Of a DNA stretch of 64,000 bases, positions 10,481-20,495 are shown in pieces. Under the pieces are notes generated by a model. That model was not told the DNA's origin and made no database searches. It saw only the letters and a program-made list of their open reading frames with translations. The stretch is from positions 45,139 through 109,138 of the forward strand of contig JBJEHM010000096.1 in NCBI GenBank assembly GCA_051876075.1. Reading direction: 5' to 3'. The DNA comes from Coriobacteriales bacterium (GTDB lineage Bacteria; Actinomycetota; Coriobacteriia; Coriobacteriales; QAMH01). The position numbers and the translations under genes were made by a program. Position 1 is the first letter of the stretch. The number at the start of each line of letters is the position of its first letter.

Positions 10481-11662
10481 ATGCTAGACGTTGCCGTACT
10501 GGGTGGAGGCGCCTCTGGCTTGTGTGCAGCCATAGCCGCCGCCGCTGAGGGTGCCTCAGTCACTGTCTTCGAGGCTGCCGAGCGCGTGGGCGCCAAGATC
10601 CTCGCAACGGGGAACGGCCGCTGCAACCTCACCAACACAGGGCTCTCCGCTGCTGACTACAACCATCCCTCCTTCGTCGAGCCGGTGCTCAGGCGTTGGG
10701 GCCCGCAGGAGCTTCTTGCCTGGTTCGAAGCGCAGGGCCTGCTCACGCTGCCCGAGCGCGAGGGCAGGGTCTATCCGCTTTCCAACAGCGCCAACAGCGT
10801 GCTCGACGTGCTGCGGTCCTCGTGTCAGCGGGCGGGCGTTGCCGTTCAGACCAACGCGCGCGCCGAGCGTGTCGTGCCCCTGGGGCAGGGGAGGGGCTTT
10901 GAACTCGAGTTCAAGGACGGAGCGTGCGTCAAAGCCCGGCGCGTAGTCGTGGCTGCCTGCGCAGACGGCGCGCGCTTGTTGGGGTTCTGTGGCCACGGGA
11001 GCATGTCGCCGCAGCCGGTGTTGGGAGCGCTTGCAACGCAAACCGGCCCCATCCGCGGCTTGAGCGGCGTGCGCGTCAAGTGCCGGCTGAGCCTGCGTGC
11101 GGCACAGGACGGCAGCGAGCTCTTCTCTCAGGAAGGCGAGCTGCTCTTCAGGGACTATGGCATCAGCGGCATCGTCGTCTTCAATGCCAGCCGCTTTGCG
11201 CAGCCGGGGTGCATAGCGGTGATAGACCTCATGCCCGGGAGCAGCGAGGGCGAGTTCCTGCGGCTGCTGGTAGGGCGCGCGCAGTGGGCTGCCAGCTACG
11301 AGGAGCTCATGCAGGGAATCTTCCACAGCCAGGTGAACCGCGCGATGATGAGGACTGCAGGCTGCAAGCCCGGGGCACCCGTACAGGAGGAGGGCTTGCG
11401 TGCGCTTGCGGCCGTCGCAAAGGGCTTTCGCCTGCACGTTGTTGGCCCGGGAGACCCAAAGCACGCTCAGGTAACTCGCGGCGGCGCAGAGTTGTCCGGC
11501 TTTGATCCCACCGTCCTCGAGTCGCTGCTGCAGCCTGGGCTCTACGCGTGCGGAGAGTGCCTTGATGTCGACGGGCCCTGCGGCGGCTACAACCTCCACT
11601 GGGCATGGGCAAGCGGCTTGATTGCCGGCCAGGCAGCTGCGCGGGGGTGCGCGGACTTCTGA
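10481..11662 (+). CDS. BaiN/HI0933-family NAD(P)/FAD-dependent oxidoreductase
   Basis: MLDVAVLGGGASGLCAAIAAAAEGASVTVFEAAERVGAKILATGNGRCNLTN is the characteristic N-terminus of the family. The C-terminal ...CGECLDVDGPCGGYNLHWAWASG also fits. Confidence 0.88.
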   Translation: MLDVAVLGGGASGLCAAIAAAAEGASVTVFEAAERVGAKILATGNGRCNLTNTGLSAADYNHPSFVEPVLRRWGPQELLAWFEAQGLLTLPEREGRVYPLSNSANSVLDVLRSSCQRAGVAVQTNARAERVVPLGQGRGFELEFKDGACVKARRVVVAACADGARLLGFCGHGSMSPQPVLGALATQTGPIRGLSGVRVKCRLSLRAAQDGSELFSQEGELLFRDYGISGIVVFNASRFAQPGCIAVIDLMPGSSEGEFLRLLVGRAQWAASYEELMQGIFHSQVNRAMMRTAGCKPGAPVQEEGLRALAAVAKGFRLHVVGPGDPKHAQVTRGGAELSGFDPTVLESLLQPGLYACGECLDVDGPCGGYNLHWAWASGLIAGQAAARGCADF

Positions 11663-11787
11663 GCCATCCGGGCGCTGCCCCTGCGGGGCGACTTTGCATA
11701 GATTTGACAGAGGGCTTTCCGTTGCTTGTCGCGACCTCCCTAGCATCTGCTCAGAGAAAGAACAGATGTCACGGGAGAACCTCGTTT

Positions 11788-12837
11788 ATGGAAGCTAGCA
11801 TTGCCGCCGTTGTGTCCGCTGTGGTGAACGACCCCATCCTGGGTCTCATCATCCTGCTTTGCCTGGGCGCAACCATAGTCAACGGCGCCACGGATGCTCC
11901 CAATGCCATCGCAACCGTGGTGGGCACGAGGGCAATGGGTCCCACGGCGGCCATCATCATGGCAGCGGTGTGCAATTTCATAGGTCTTGTCTTGATCACA
12001 GCGGTGAGCACGGCAGTGGCCAGCACCATCTTCGGCATGGTCGACTTTGGGGGCGACAATCACGCGGCCCTTGTAGCGCTCGCCGCTGCCATGGTCGCCA
12101 TCATCGTGTGGGGCGTTGCAGCTTGGGCCTTTGGCATCCCAACCAGCCAGAGCCACTCCCTCATCGCCGGCATCACCGGCGCTGCCATCGCCTTGCAGGG
12201 CGGCTTGGGCGGCATCAATGCAGACCAGTGGGTCAAGGTCATCTACGGCTTGGTTATCAGCACCTGCCTGGGCTTTGGCACGGGCTGGCTGTTCACCCGC
12301 CTTATTAAGAAGATCTGCGACGGCATGAAGCGCTCGGCAGTCAATTCCTTCTTCAAGTGGGCGCAGATCGCTGCCGGTGCCGGCGTGGCTATCTTGCACG
12401 GCGCCCAAGACGGGCAGAAGTTCCTGAGCCTCACCATGCTCGGAGTGATGCTGGGTGTTTATGGCACGGCGGACATGAGCGGCTTCCCCTTGTGGATGGT
12501 GGTGCTCGTCAGCCTCACGATGTCGCTGGGCACGGCAGTTGGCGGCCGCAAGATCATCAAGAGCGTTGGCATGAGCATGGTGAAGATGGAGCAGTATCAG
12601 GGCTTTGCTGCCTGTCTGTCTGCTTGCTTCTGCATCGGCTTGGCTACGTTCACCGGCATGCCCGTATCGACAACCCACACCAAGACCACGGCCATCATGG
12701 GCGTGGGTGCAGAAAAGCGCCTGCGAGCCGTCAAGTGGAACCTCGCCGGCTCCATGGTGCTCACGTGGATTCTCACCTTCCCCGGATGCGGCCTGCTGGC
12801 CTTTGTCTTCACGCACGTGTTCCTGCTCGTCCTCTAG
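11788..12837 (+). CDS. pit: Inorganic phosphate transporter, PiT family
   Basis: It carries the PiT signature pairs NGATDAPNAIATVVGTRAM and ...HGAQDGQKF.., with many TM segments. ATG is at 11788. Confidence 0.9.
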   Translation: MEASIAAVVSAVVNDPILGLIILLCLGATIVNGATDAPNAIATVVGTRAMGPTAAIIMAAVCNFIGLVLITAVSTAVASTIFGMVDFGGDNHAALVALAAAMVAIIVWGVAAWAFGIPTSQSHSLIAGITGAAIALQGGLGGINADQWVKVIYGLVISTCLGFGTGWLFTRLIKKICDGMKRSAVNSFFKWAQIAAGAGVAILHGAQDGQKFLSLTMLGVMLGVYGTADMSGFPLWMVVLVSLTMSLGTAVGGRKIIKSVGMSMVKMEQYQGFAACLSACFCIGLATFTGMPVSTTHTKTTAIMGVGAEKRLRAVKWNLAGSMVLTWILTFPGCGLLAFVFTHVFLLVL

Positions 12838-12882
12838 GGGGAAGCGATGATCAGCGCATTGAAATACGAGAAAGGATCGGCC

Positions 12883-13509
12883 ATGCAAAAGAGAGACGGC
12901 TTTGATTACTTCGACTCCTTCTCAAAGCAAGCAGCCTTTGCCTTGGAGATGGCGTTGAACCTTGAGAGCGCCATTGGCGCCGGAGAGCTGGGGACGCACG
13001 AGCTGGTGCAGGCCCTGCACACCATTGAGAACGACGCAGACCAGGTCAACCACGAGATTCAAGCCCACTTGCTCAGCGACTTTGTCGTACCGATGGAGCG
13101 CGAGGGCCTGGGGAGCCTGGCGCATGCGCTCGACGATGTCTCGGATGCCATAGAAGAAGTCGCCCTCAAAGCCTACATCTACGGGTTCACAGCCTGCGGA
13201 GAGCAGGGCACGCTCATGATCTCCATGCTGTCTGGTGCCTGCAAGACGCTCAAGGTTGCAGCTGATGACCTGGCTGCGTATCAGAAGAAATCCGCAGAGA
13301 TCAAGAAGCGCCTGGTTCAGGTCCAGACCTATGAGAGCGAGTGCGACGGGATTTATGTCGAAGCCGCTCATGGGCTGTATGCAGACGAATCGCTCGAGGC
13401 AGAGCAGCGGCGCATAATGCACAGCATGCTGAAGTCTGTCGAAGACGCCATGGACGCCGTTGAGAATGCGGCCGAGCGCATTGAGTCGATTGTCGCGGAG
13501 AATTTCTAG
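12883..13509 (+). CDS. DUF47 (PhoU-like, YkaA-type) protein paired with PiT
   Basis: An all-helical protein of about 208 aa lies directly downstream of pit, which is the typical pit/DUF47 pairing. ATG 12883 follows GAGAAAGGA, and 12847 is an alternative start. Confidence 0.8.
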   Translation: MQKRDGFDYFDSFSKQAAFALEMALNLESAIGAGELGTHELVQALHTIENDADQVNHEIQAHLLSDFVVPMEREGLGSLAHALDDVSDAIEEVALKAYIYGFTACGEQGTLMISMLSGACKTLKVAADDLAAYQKKSAEIKKRLVQVQTYESECDGIYVEAAHGLYADESLEAEQRRIMHSMLKSVEDAMDAVENAAERIESIVAENF

Positions 13510-13607
13510 ACGCCACGACCCAGGGCCGGGACGCGGGCGCTCGATTTTGCAAATATTTGTCGGAGAGCGTCTGTCGGTCTGTTAGCGGCCGGCCTTACAA
13601 TGAGCCC

Positions 13608-14309
13608 ATGATCTACTACGTCGAAGATGACACCAACATTCGCGAGCTGGCCCTCTATGCACTGCGCCAAGCAGGGCTTGAGGCAGAGGGCTTTGCAGAC
13701 GCGCGCTCTTTTAGAGAGGCCTGTGCGCAGCAGCTGCCCGAGCTCGTGCTTCTCGACATCATGCTCCCAGAGACAGACGGGCTGAGCCTCCTGAAAGAGC
13801 TGCGGAGCAGTGCCAGGACCAAGGACCTCCCGGTGATGATGCTCACCGCCAAGGGCACCGAGTACGACAAGGTCGTGGGGCTCGATGCTGGAGCCGACGA
13901 CTACCTGGCAAAGCCCTTTGGGATGATGGAGCTTGTGAGCCGCTGCAATGCCCTGCTGCGGCGCGCTTCTCGCTCGGGTAATTCCGGATCGGCTCATGAA
14001 GAGGTGCTCGAGTGCGGCTGCATACGCCTCAACGCGGCAACACGTGACGTGTGGGCCGGCGGGAATCGCCTCGAGCTCACGCTCAAGGAGTTCGAGCTCC
14101 TGCGCAAGCTGATGGAGGAGGGCGGTCGCGCCCTGACGCGCGCTCAGCTCCTCGAGGACGTTTGGGAGATAAGCTTCATCGGGGAGACCCGCACTGTCGA
14201 CACCCATGTGCAAACCCTGCGCCGCAAGCTCAACGAAGCCAGCCCTGGCGCCGGCGAGCTCGTGCAGACCGTGCGCGGTGTGGGTTACCGCATCAAGCCC
14301 GCTTCCTAA
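13608..14309 (+). CDS. OmpR/PhoB-family response regulator (PhoP-like by context)
   Basis: It has a receiver domain (MIYYVEDDTNIRE...LLDIMLPETDGL...LTAKG) and a winged-helix output domain (...LTLKEFELLRKL...VRGVGYRIK). Confidence 0.92.
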   Translation: MIYYVEDDTNIRELALYALRQAGLEAEGFADARSFREACAQQLPELVLLDIMLPETDGLSLLKELRSSARTKDLPVMMLTAKGTEYDKVVGLDAGADDYLAKPFGMMELVSRCNALLRRASRSGNSGSAHEEVLECGCIRLNAATRDVWAGGNRLELTLKEFELLRKLMEEGGRALTRAQLLEDVWEISFIGETRTVDTHVQTLRRKLNEASPGAGELVQTVRGVGYRIKPAS

Positions 14310-14318
14310 GGTCAACCC

Positions 14319-15707
14319 ATGGCAGCCCCAGCAGCAGCCGGACCTCACAAGACCCTTGCGGGCAGGATCTTCGCGGTCCTCTTCCTGTTCTCGCTCGTGG
14401 TGACCTTTGCCGCCTCTGTTGCGGCAACGGCCCTGAGCTTTACAGTTTATGAGAACGAGGCCGAAGAGCTGCTGCTTTCCCAAGTGTCCAGCTATGCCGA
14501 AGGCCTGCGGAGGTTCTCGAGCGAGGAAGACATGGTGCGCGCGCTTGAGGACATCCCCTTTGTGGAAACGCGCTGCACGCTCGTTGCGGCAGACGGCACG
14601 GTGCTCTTCGACAACTACGCCGATTCCTCGACTATGGACAACCATGCATCTCGCGAGGAGGTTGTCGCTGCCAAGGAGTCAGGGCAGGTGGCTGTGCTGC
14701 GCCGTAGCGACACTATGGGAAGCGACACCCTGTACGCTGCGGCACTGGTTGAGAACGGCATCGTCTTGCGCCTTGCGGAGACCCGCACATCGCTCGGCTC
14801 GTTCCTCGGGGGGCTGAGCTGGCAGCTTGGTGCGGCTCTCGTGATCATCTTCCTGCTCTCGTTGTTGGTGGCGCGCAGCCTCACTGTGCTCATCACTCGT
14901 CCCCTCCGTGAGCTCGACCTCCAGCATCCGCTCGAAAACGATGCGTATCAGGAGCTCCAGCCCTTGCTGCAGCGCGTTGATGCCCAGCGCAGCGAGCTTG
15001 AGGCGCAGAACCAGGAGCTCGAGCGTGCGGTGGCGTTGCGCCGTGAGTTCACGGGCAACGTGAGCCACGAGATGAAGTCCCCTCTGCAGGTGATCGGCGG
15101 CTATGCGGAGCTCATCGAGAGCGGTCTGGTGGCGGCTGAGGACATCCCGCGCTTTGCGGGGCTTATCCGCAGCGAGTCGCAGACTATGCGGGAGCTCATC
15201 GACGACGTGCTCTCGCTCTCGAGGCTTGACGAACGCGTTCAGGGCAGCTGCGCGTCCGTAGACCTGGCTGCTCTGTGCGACCGCTCTGTCCAGCGGCTCG
15301 AGGCGGCGGCATCGGAGCGGGGCGAGAGCATCAAGAAGCTGCTTCAGCCGGGGCTTACCGTGCAGGCGGACCCGGCTATGGCCGAGCAGATGGTCTACAA
15401 CCTGGTGAGCAATGCCATCAAGTACAACCGCGAGGGCGGCATGGTGTTGGTCCAGCTTGCCAGCGAAGGCGACAACGCCGTGATCTCTGTCTCTGACGAA
15501 GGACCGGGGGTGCCCAAGGACCAGCGCGAGCGCGTCTTCGAGCGCTTCTACCGCGTTGATGCCAGCCGCTCAAGGGAGACTGGCGGCACGGGCCTGGGTC
15601 TGGCAATCGTCAAGCATGCGGCGGAGTCAATGGGTGGCAGCGTGTACGTCAAGGACTCCAGGCTCGGTGGCGCCGAGTTTGTCGTCATGCTTCCGCTAAA
15701 GAGCTAG
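14319..15707 (+). CDS. Sensor histidine kinase (PhoR-like by context)
   Basis: Two TM segments are followed by the H-box FTGNVSHEMKSPL, the N-box NAIKYN, and the G-boxes DEGPGV and GGTGLGLAIVK. Confidence 0.92.
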   Translation: MAAPAAAGPHKTLAGRIFAVLFLFSLVVTFAASVAATALSFTVYENEAEELLLSQVSSYAEGLRRFSSEEDMVRALEDIPFVETRCTLVAADGTVLFDNYADSSTMDNHASREEVVAAKESGQVAVLRRSDTMGSDTLYAAALVENGIVLRLAETRTSLGSFLGGLSWQLGAALVIIFLLSLLVARSLTVLITRPLRELDLQHPLENDAYQELQPLLQRVDAQRSELEAQNQELERAVALRREFTGNVSHEMKSPLQVIGGYAELIESGLVAAEDIPRFAGLIRSESQTMRELIDDVLSLSRLDERVQGSCASVDLAALCDRSVQRLEAAASERGESIKKLLQPGLTVQADPAMAEQMVYNLVSNAIKYNREGGMVLVQLASEGDNAVISVSDEGPGVPKDQRERVFERFYRVDASRSRETGGTGLGLAIVKHAAESMGGSVYVKDSRLGGAEFVVMLPLKS

Positions 15708-15857
15708 CGTTCCTTTGAACAGGGGCTTTTCCTCCCCTTTACAAAAGCTTGTCTGCGCTGTGACAGGCACCTTTCACTTCCTTTGCATAGCGGGTCTTGA
15801 ATTGTCAGTGCGCAAAAACAGCGCGCAAACCGCAAGTTCACCTGTGAAAGGAACGAG

Positions 15858-16718
15858 ATGAAACTCAAGAACGTCCTCAAGGCAACCGTCGGCGTCGCTG
15901 CCGCAGCTGCCCTCGCGCTCAGCCTCATCGGCTGCGGCGGCACTTCCAACAACGGCGCCAGCAACGAGCAGAAGCCGGCCGAGCTCAGCGGCACCATCTC
16001 CACCAACGGCTCCACCTCCATGGAGAAGGTCATCGGCTCCCTCTCCGAGGAGTTCATGGCCCAGAACAGCGGTGTGACCGTCACCTATGACGCAACCGGT
16101 TCTGGCACTGGCATCGAGAGCGCTTCCAACGGTTCTGCCGACATCGGCCTCGCATCCCGCAACCTCAAGGATGAGGAGACCGGCCTCAAGACCGTTACCG
16201 TTGCCCTGGACGGCATCGCCGTGATCGTCAACGAGAAGTGTGGCGTCGACGACCTCAGCCTGGAGCAGGTCTCCAAGATCTTCACCGGCAAGATCAAGAA
16301 CTGGTCTGAGCTGGGCGGTGCCGACAAGGAGATCGCCTGCATCGGCCGCGAGAACGGCTCCGGCACCCGCGACGGCTTCGAGTCCATCACCGGCACCGAG
16401 GATGCCTGCAAGCTGGCCCAGGAGCTGACCTCCACCGGCGCTGTCATCACTGCAGTCGCCAGCTCCGAGAACGCCATCGGCTACGCCTCCCTCTCTGCAG
16501 TCGAAGGCCAGGCCGGCATCAAGGCCGTCACCATCAACGGCGTTGCCTGCTCCGAGGAGACTGTCCTCGATGGCAGCTACGAGATCCAGCGTCCCTTCAA
16601 CCTGGTGCTCTCCGAGTCCAACGCCCCCTCTGACCTCGTCCAGGCCTTCATCGACTTCTGCACCAGCGCCGACGCAGCCGAGCTCATCCGCTCTGCGGGT
16701 GCAGTGCCCCTGGCTTAA
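15858..16718 (+). CDS. pstS: Phosphate ABC transporter substrate-binding lipoprotein
   Basis: It has a lipobox (LSLIGCGG), and ...GSTSMEKV...ATGSGTGI...GYASLS fits PstS family 2. Confidence 0.92.
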   Translation: MKLKNVLKATVGVAAAAALALSLIGCGGTSNNGASNEQKPAELSGTISTNGSTSMEKVIGSLSEEFMAQNSGVTVTYDATGSGTGIESASNGSADIGLASRNLKDEETGLKTVTVALDGIAVIVNEKCGVDDLSLEQVSKIFTGKIKNWSELGGADKEIACIGRENGSGTRDGFESITGTEDACKLAQELTSTGAVITAVASSENAIGYASLSAVEGQAGIKAVTINGVACSEETVLDGSYEIQRPFNLVLSESNAPSDLVQAFIDFCTSADAAELIRSAGAVPLA

Positions 16719-16791
16719 CCGCGCACATCCCTCTCCCGCTGGGAGCACCTTCCAAGGTGCTCCCAGCACGTCTTTCTAGGAGCGTTTCCCT

Positions 16792-17658
16792 ATGAACCCA
16801 AAGACCAAGCCGGTTGAAGCCGTGTTCCACGGGGTCTTCCTCAGCTGCGGCCTTCTCTCCGTTGCCTTCGTTGTGGGCATCACCGTCTACCTGATTGTGT
16901 CTGGCATGCCCGCGATCATGGAGGTGGGACCGGTTGACTTCCTGCTCGGCACGATCTGGAACCCCGGTCAAGACCAGTACGGCATCCTCCCCTTCATCCT
17001 GACCAGCGTCTACGGTACCCTGGGCGCCATGGTGCTCGGCCTGCCCCTGGGCTTGCTCACCGCCCTGTTCCTCTCCAAGTACTCCGGCAAGCGATCAGGT
17101 CGCCTCATTCGCTCGGCGGTCGAGCTGCTGGCGGGCATCCCCTCGGTCGTCTATGGCTTGGTGGGCATGATCGTCTTGGTTCCTGCGATCCAGCATGCGT
17201 TCAGCCTCTCCTCCGGCGCCACCCTCCTGGCGGCGATCCTGGTCCTCACCATCATGATCTTGCCCTACATCGTCAACGTCTCCGCCACTGCGCTCGATGC
17301 GGTGCCGAAGGAGTACGAGGAGGGCTCGCTGGCCTTGGGCGCTACAGAGACCGAGACCTATTTCAAGGTCTCCATGCACGCAGCGCGCAGCGGCGTGGCG
17401 GCTGCGGTCATCCAGGGCGTAGGCCGCGCTCTGGGCGAGGCCATGGCCATCATCATGGTTGCCGGCAACGTGGCCAACATGCCCGAGCTCTTTGGCTCTG
17501 TGCGCTTCCTCACCACCGCCATCGTGAGCGAGATGTCCTATGCGCCCTATGGCAGCCTGCAGCGCGACGCCCTCTTCTCCATCGGCCTGGTCCTCTTCCT
17601 GTTCATCATCTTGGTGAACGTCGTCCTCAATCTCATCGCCCGAAGGGAGGAGAAGTAG
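16792..17658 (+). CDS. pstC: Phosphate ABC transporter permease PstC
   Basis: It is a multi-TM permease with the ...EGSLALGATETETYFKV... EAA-like loop, located directly after pstS. Confidence 0.92.
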   Translation: MNPKTKPVEAVFHGVFLSCGLLSVAFVVGITVYLIVSGMPAIMEVGPVDFLLGTIWNPGQDQYGILPFILTSVYGTLGAMVLGLPLGLLTALFLSKYSGKRSGRLIRSAVELLAGIPSVVYGLVGMIVLVPAIQHAFSLSSGATLLAAILVLTIMILPYIVNVSATALDAVPKEYEEGSLALGATETETYFKVSMHAARSGVAAAVIQGVGRALGEAMAIIMVAGNVANMPELFGSVRFLTTAIVSEMSYAPYGSLQRDALFSIGLVLFLFIILVNVVLNLIARREEK

Positions 17659-18606
17659 ATGACTGCTCCCAACGCTGACATCCCCATGGAGCCCGTGCTG
17701 GGCAACGGCATCCCCGGCTCCGGGGAGCTCCAGCAGGCAGCTGTGAACCTCCAGGCCAAGATGCCCGCCGGCCGCAAGCTCAAGGACAGGGTCCTCAAGG
17801 GTCTGGTCTATGCGGCGGGCGCCATCGTGTGCCTCGCCCTGCTCTTCATCATCGGCTACATCTTCTACCGCGGCTTGCCCGGCATCACGCAGGAGTTCCT
17901 CACCACCCAGAGCAGCTACGTGCATGACACCATCGGCATCCTGCCCAACATCCTGAACACGCTCTACATCGTGCTCATCGCCATGGCTATCGTCATCCCG
18001 CTGGGCGTGTGCGCGGCCGTGTACCTCAACGAGTACGCAACCAACAGGCGCGTGGTAAAGCTCATCAGCTTTGCCGTCGAGACCCTCACGGGCATCCCGT
18101 CCGTCATCTTCGGCCTGGTGGGCATGCTGTTCTTCATCCAGATGCTGGGCCTCAAGGCCGGTATCCTGGCAGGCGGCCTTACCCTGGTGGTCATGGTTTT
18201 GCCCACCATCATCTCCAACACGCTCGAGAGTCTCAAGACGGTGCCCACTTCCTACCGCGAGGGCTCGCTGGCCCTGGGCAGCGGCAAGTGGCACATGATC
18301 CGCACGGTTGTGCTTCCCAACTCCATCGACGGCATCGTCACCGGCTGTATCCTGGCCGTGGGCCGCATCGTCGGCGAGTCCGCTGCGCTGCTCTACACGG
18401 CGGGCTTTGGCCTGATCCTCAACAGCTTCATGACTGCGCTGCAGTCTTCCAGCGCCACCTTGACCGTGGCTCTCTACGTGTACGCAACCGAGCGCGGCGA
18501 GCTCAACGTGGCCTTCTCTGTCGCCACTATCCTCATGCTGCTCACCCTGCTGCTCAACATCGCTGCCAACCTCTCTGCCACCAAGCTCAACCGCAAGGAG
18601 AACTAG
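17659..18606 (+). CDS. pstA: Phosphate ABC transporter permease PstA
   Basis: It abuts the pstC stop codon. The EAA loop reads YREGSLALGSGKWHMIRTVVLP. Confidence 0.92.
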   Translation: MTAPNADIPMEPVLGNGIPGSGELQQAAVNLQAKMPAGRKLKDRVLKGLVYAAGAIVCLALLFIIGYIFYRGLPGITQEFLTTQSSYVHDTIGILPNILNTLYIVLIAMAIVIPLGVCAAVYLNEYATNRRVVKLISFAVETLTGIPSVIFGLVGMLFFIQMLGLKAGILAGGLTLVVMVLPTIISNTLESLKTVPTSYREGSLALGSGKWHMIRTVVLPNSIDGIVTGCILAVGRIVGESAALLYTAGFGLILNSFMTALQSSSATLTVALYVYATERGELNVAFSVATILMLLTLLLNIAANLSATKLNRKEN

Positions 18607-19365
18607 ATGAACGCAAACGCATTCGAGATAAGCAAGCTCAACCTGTGGTACGGCAGCCACCACGCCCTGCACGATGTCGACATCAAGATTCCCTCGCGCC
18701 GCGTCACTGCCCTCATCGGGCCCTCCGGCTGCGGCAAGTCGACCTTCCTCAAGACCCTCAACCGCATGAACGACTTGGTCGAGGGCATCCGCATCGAAGG
18801 CGAGCTGCTCTTCGAAGGACAGGACATCTACTCTTCCCAGTGCGATGTGACCGAGCTTCGCAAGAACGTCGGCATGGTCTTCCAGAAGCCCAACCCCTTC
18901 CCCATGAGCGTGTACGACAACGTCGCCTATGGGCCCAAGGTGCATGGCGTGCGCAAGAAGGAGGAGCTCGATGCCATCGTCGAGGAGTCTCTGCGCGGCG
19001 CCGCCCTGTGGGATGAGGTCAAGGACCGTCTGAAGAAGAGCGCCCTGGGCCTTTCCGGCGGCCAGCAGCAGCGCCTGTGCATCGCCCGCGCGCTGGCGGT
19101 GAAGCCCCAGGTGCTTTTGATGGACGAGTCCACGAGCGCGCTCGACCCCATCTCCACTGGCCAGATCGAGGAGCTGGTTGGCGAGCTCAAGCGCGACTAC
19201 ACCGTGGTCATGGTCACCCACAACATGCAGCAGGCGGTGCGCGTCTCTGACTTCGCGGCCTTCTTTCTGCTGGGCGACCTTGTGGAGTTCGCCCCCACAG
19301 ACCAGCTGTTCAACAATCCCCAGGATTCCCGCACGGCAGACTACGTCTCTGGCCGCTTTGGCTAG
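18607..19365 (+). CDS. pstB: Phosphate ABC transporter ATP-binding protein
   Basis: Walker A is GPSGCGKST, the signature is LSGGQQQR and Walker B is LLMDE. The N-terminus is typical of PstB. Confidence 0.95.
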   Translation: MNANAFEISKLNLWYGSHHALHDVDIKIPSRRVTALIGPSGCGKSTFLKTLNRMNDLVEGIRIEGELLFEGQDIYSSQCDVTELRKNVGMVFQKPNPFPMSVYDNVAYGPKVHGVRKKEELDAIVEESLRGAALWDEVKDRLKKSALGLSGGQQQRLCIARALAVKPQVLLMDESTSALDPISTGQIEELVGELKRDYTVVMVTHNMQQAVRVSDFAAFFLLGDLVEFAPTDQLFNNPQDSRTADYVSGRFG

Positions 19366-19405
19366 GGAGCTGCCCCGCAGGGCGGGTGCATAGGCGGAAA
19401 ACAAG

Positions 19406-19436
19406 CAGGCCAGCGGCTCGAAGCCACTGGCCTGTA
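19406..19436. terminator. Bidirectional terminator (pstB / tRNA-Val)
   Basis: CAGGCCAGCGGC ... GCCACTGGCCTG forms a 12-bp stem with one mismatch. It is T-rich on both flanks when read on the respective strands. Confidence 0.65.
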
Positions 19437-19444
19437 CGTGTTCT

Positions 19445-19519
19445 TGGTGGGCGATACTGGGTTCGAACCAGTGGCCTTCAGTGTGTAAGACTGCTGCGCT
19501 CCCGCTGCGCCAATCGCCC
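19445..19519 (-). tRNA. tRNA-Val (anticodon UAC)
   Basis: The reverse complement folds as a cloverleaf: GGGCGAT TG GCGC AGCGGGA GCGC A GCAGT CTTACAC ACTGA AGGCC ACTGG TTCGAAC CCAGT ATCGCCC A CCA. The CCA end is encoded. Confidence 0.93.
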
Positions 19520-19681
19520 GCAAGCTGCCATTCTACCGCATGGGGCTGCCTGCGATGCGCGAGACGCGCGGCTTGCCCTGCGGCTGCCCTCTGGGCGGGT
19601 GGTGGCTGCACTTGGGGACATTGTTGGCATGCGGTTGTCTTGGCGCGGGCGCGAGGGTCGCATAATCGCGGCTCGAGACCA

Positions 19682-20419
19682 ATGGAAAGGCACAGCGCTA
19701 TGAAAAACCAGATGGACCTGCTCATCGAGTTCACCAAAGACGAGGACCCGCGCACCCGCGCCACTGCCATCGCCGGTTTGGCGAAGGTGGCTGATCCCCG
19801 CGGCTTTGCTCCTGTCCTGGTGGCTCTCTTCGATCCTGTCGACGAGGTCCGCGTCACTGCGGCTACCGCTTTGGGTGTGTTTCGCGACCCTCGGGCGCTG
19901 GAGCCCTTGGGCGCCTGTCTGGACGATCCCTGCGAGCAGGTTGCCGTCAACTGCGTGTGGGCTCTGGGACAGATCGGTGGGAAGGGCGGCATCGAGCGCC
20001 TGGTGGCCTTGCTCGCCGGGCAGGACGCTTCCAACGCGCTGCGCACAGCTGCCGCCACGGCAATCGGTGAGCGCGCAGCTTCCCAAGACCCCCAGCTCGC
20101 CGCCGACTTCCTTGGGGAGCCCCAGCTTGTCGATGCCGCCCGCAGCGCGCTGTTGCAACAGCTTGCCAGCGAAGAGGGCGAGCTGCGCGCTACTGCTGTA
20201 TGGGCGTTGGGGCACATGCCTCACAGCGTCGCGGTGGTCGATGCCCTCATCGGAGTGCTTCAGGACCCCTACGAGTGGGCGGTACGCTATGCGATTGAGG
20301 CCCTGGGCAATGCGGGCGACCAGCGAGCAACAGGCCCTCTGCAGGCTCTGCTCGCAGACGAGCGGCAGGAGCTGGCAGATTTGGCAAGGCAGGCGTTGGC
20401 ACTGTTGGACGAGTGCTAG
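19682..20419 (+). CDS. HEAT-repeat (PBS-lyase-type) protein
   Basis: It contains repeated ...DP..VR..AA.ALG... units (DEDPRTRATAIAGLAKV, DPVDEVRVTAATALGVF, DDPCEQVAVNCVWALGQI, EGELRATAVWALGHM, DPYEWAVRYAIEALGNA). The ORF-track start at 19481 would overlap tRNA-Val, so ATG 19682 (or 19700) is used. Confidence 0.8.
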   Translation: MERHSAMKNQMDLLIEFTKDEDPRTRATAIAGLAKVADPRGFAPVLVALFDPVDEVRVTAATALGVFRDPRALEPLGACLDDPCEQVAVNCVWALGQIGGKGGIERLVALLAGQDASNALRTAAATAIGERAASQDPQLAADFLGEPQLVDAARSALLQQLASEEGELRATAVWALGHMPHSVAVVDALIGVLQDPYEWAVRYAIEALGNAGDQRATGPLQALLADERQELADLARQALALLDEC

Positions 20420-20495
20420 ACTTACACGATTAGACCCCTGTTCAACGCCCATCATGCCGCGATCACGCCGTGATGCGGATAACCGAGGAGCCCGT

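Noticed and set aside
15833-15843. GTTCACCTGTG as an actinobacterial PHO box
   Set aside because: There is only a single unit, and it lies between the likely promoter and the pstS RBS rather than in an activating position. It is kept only as a remark under the phosphate-cluster finding.
19481-19681. Upstream extension of the HEAT-repeat ORF
   Set aside because: It would overlap tRNA-Val on the opposite strand, and it encodes Cys/Ala/Trp-rich sequence unlike the rest of the protein.
17095-20217. 1040-aa minus-strand ORF
   Set aside because: It runs antisense across pstC, pstA, pstB, tRNA-Val and the HEAT-repeat gene. It has no family resemblance and is an artefact of stop-codon scarcity in GC-rich antisense frames.
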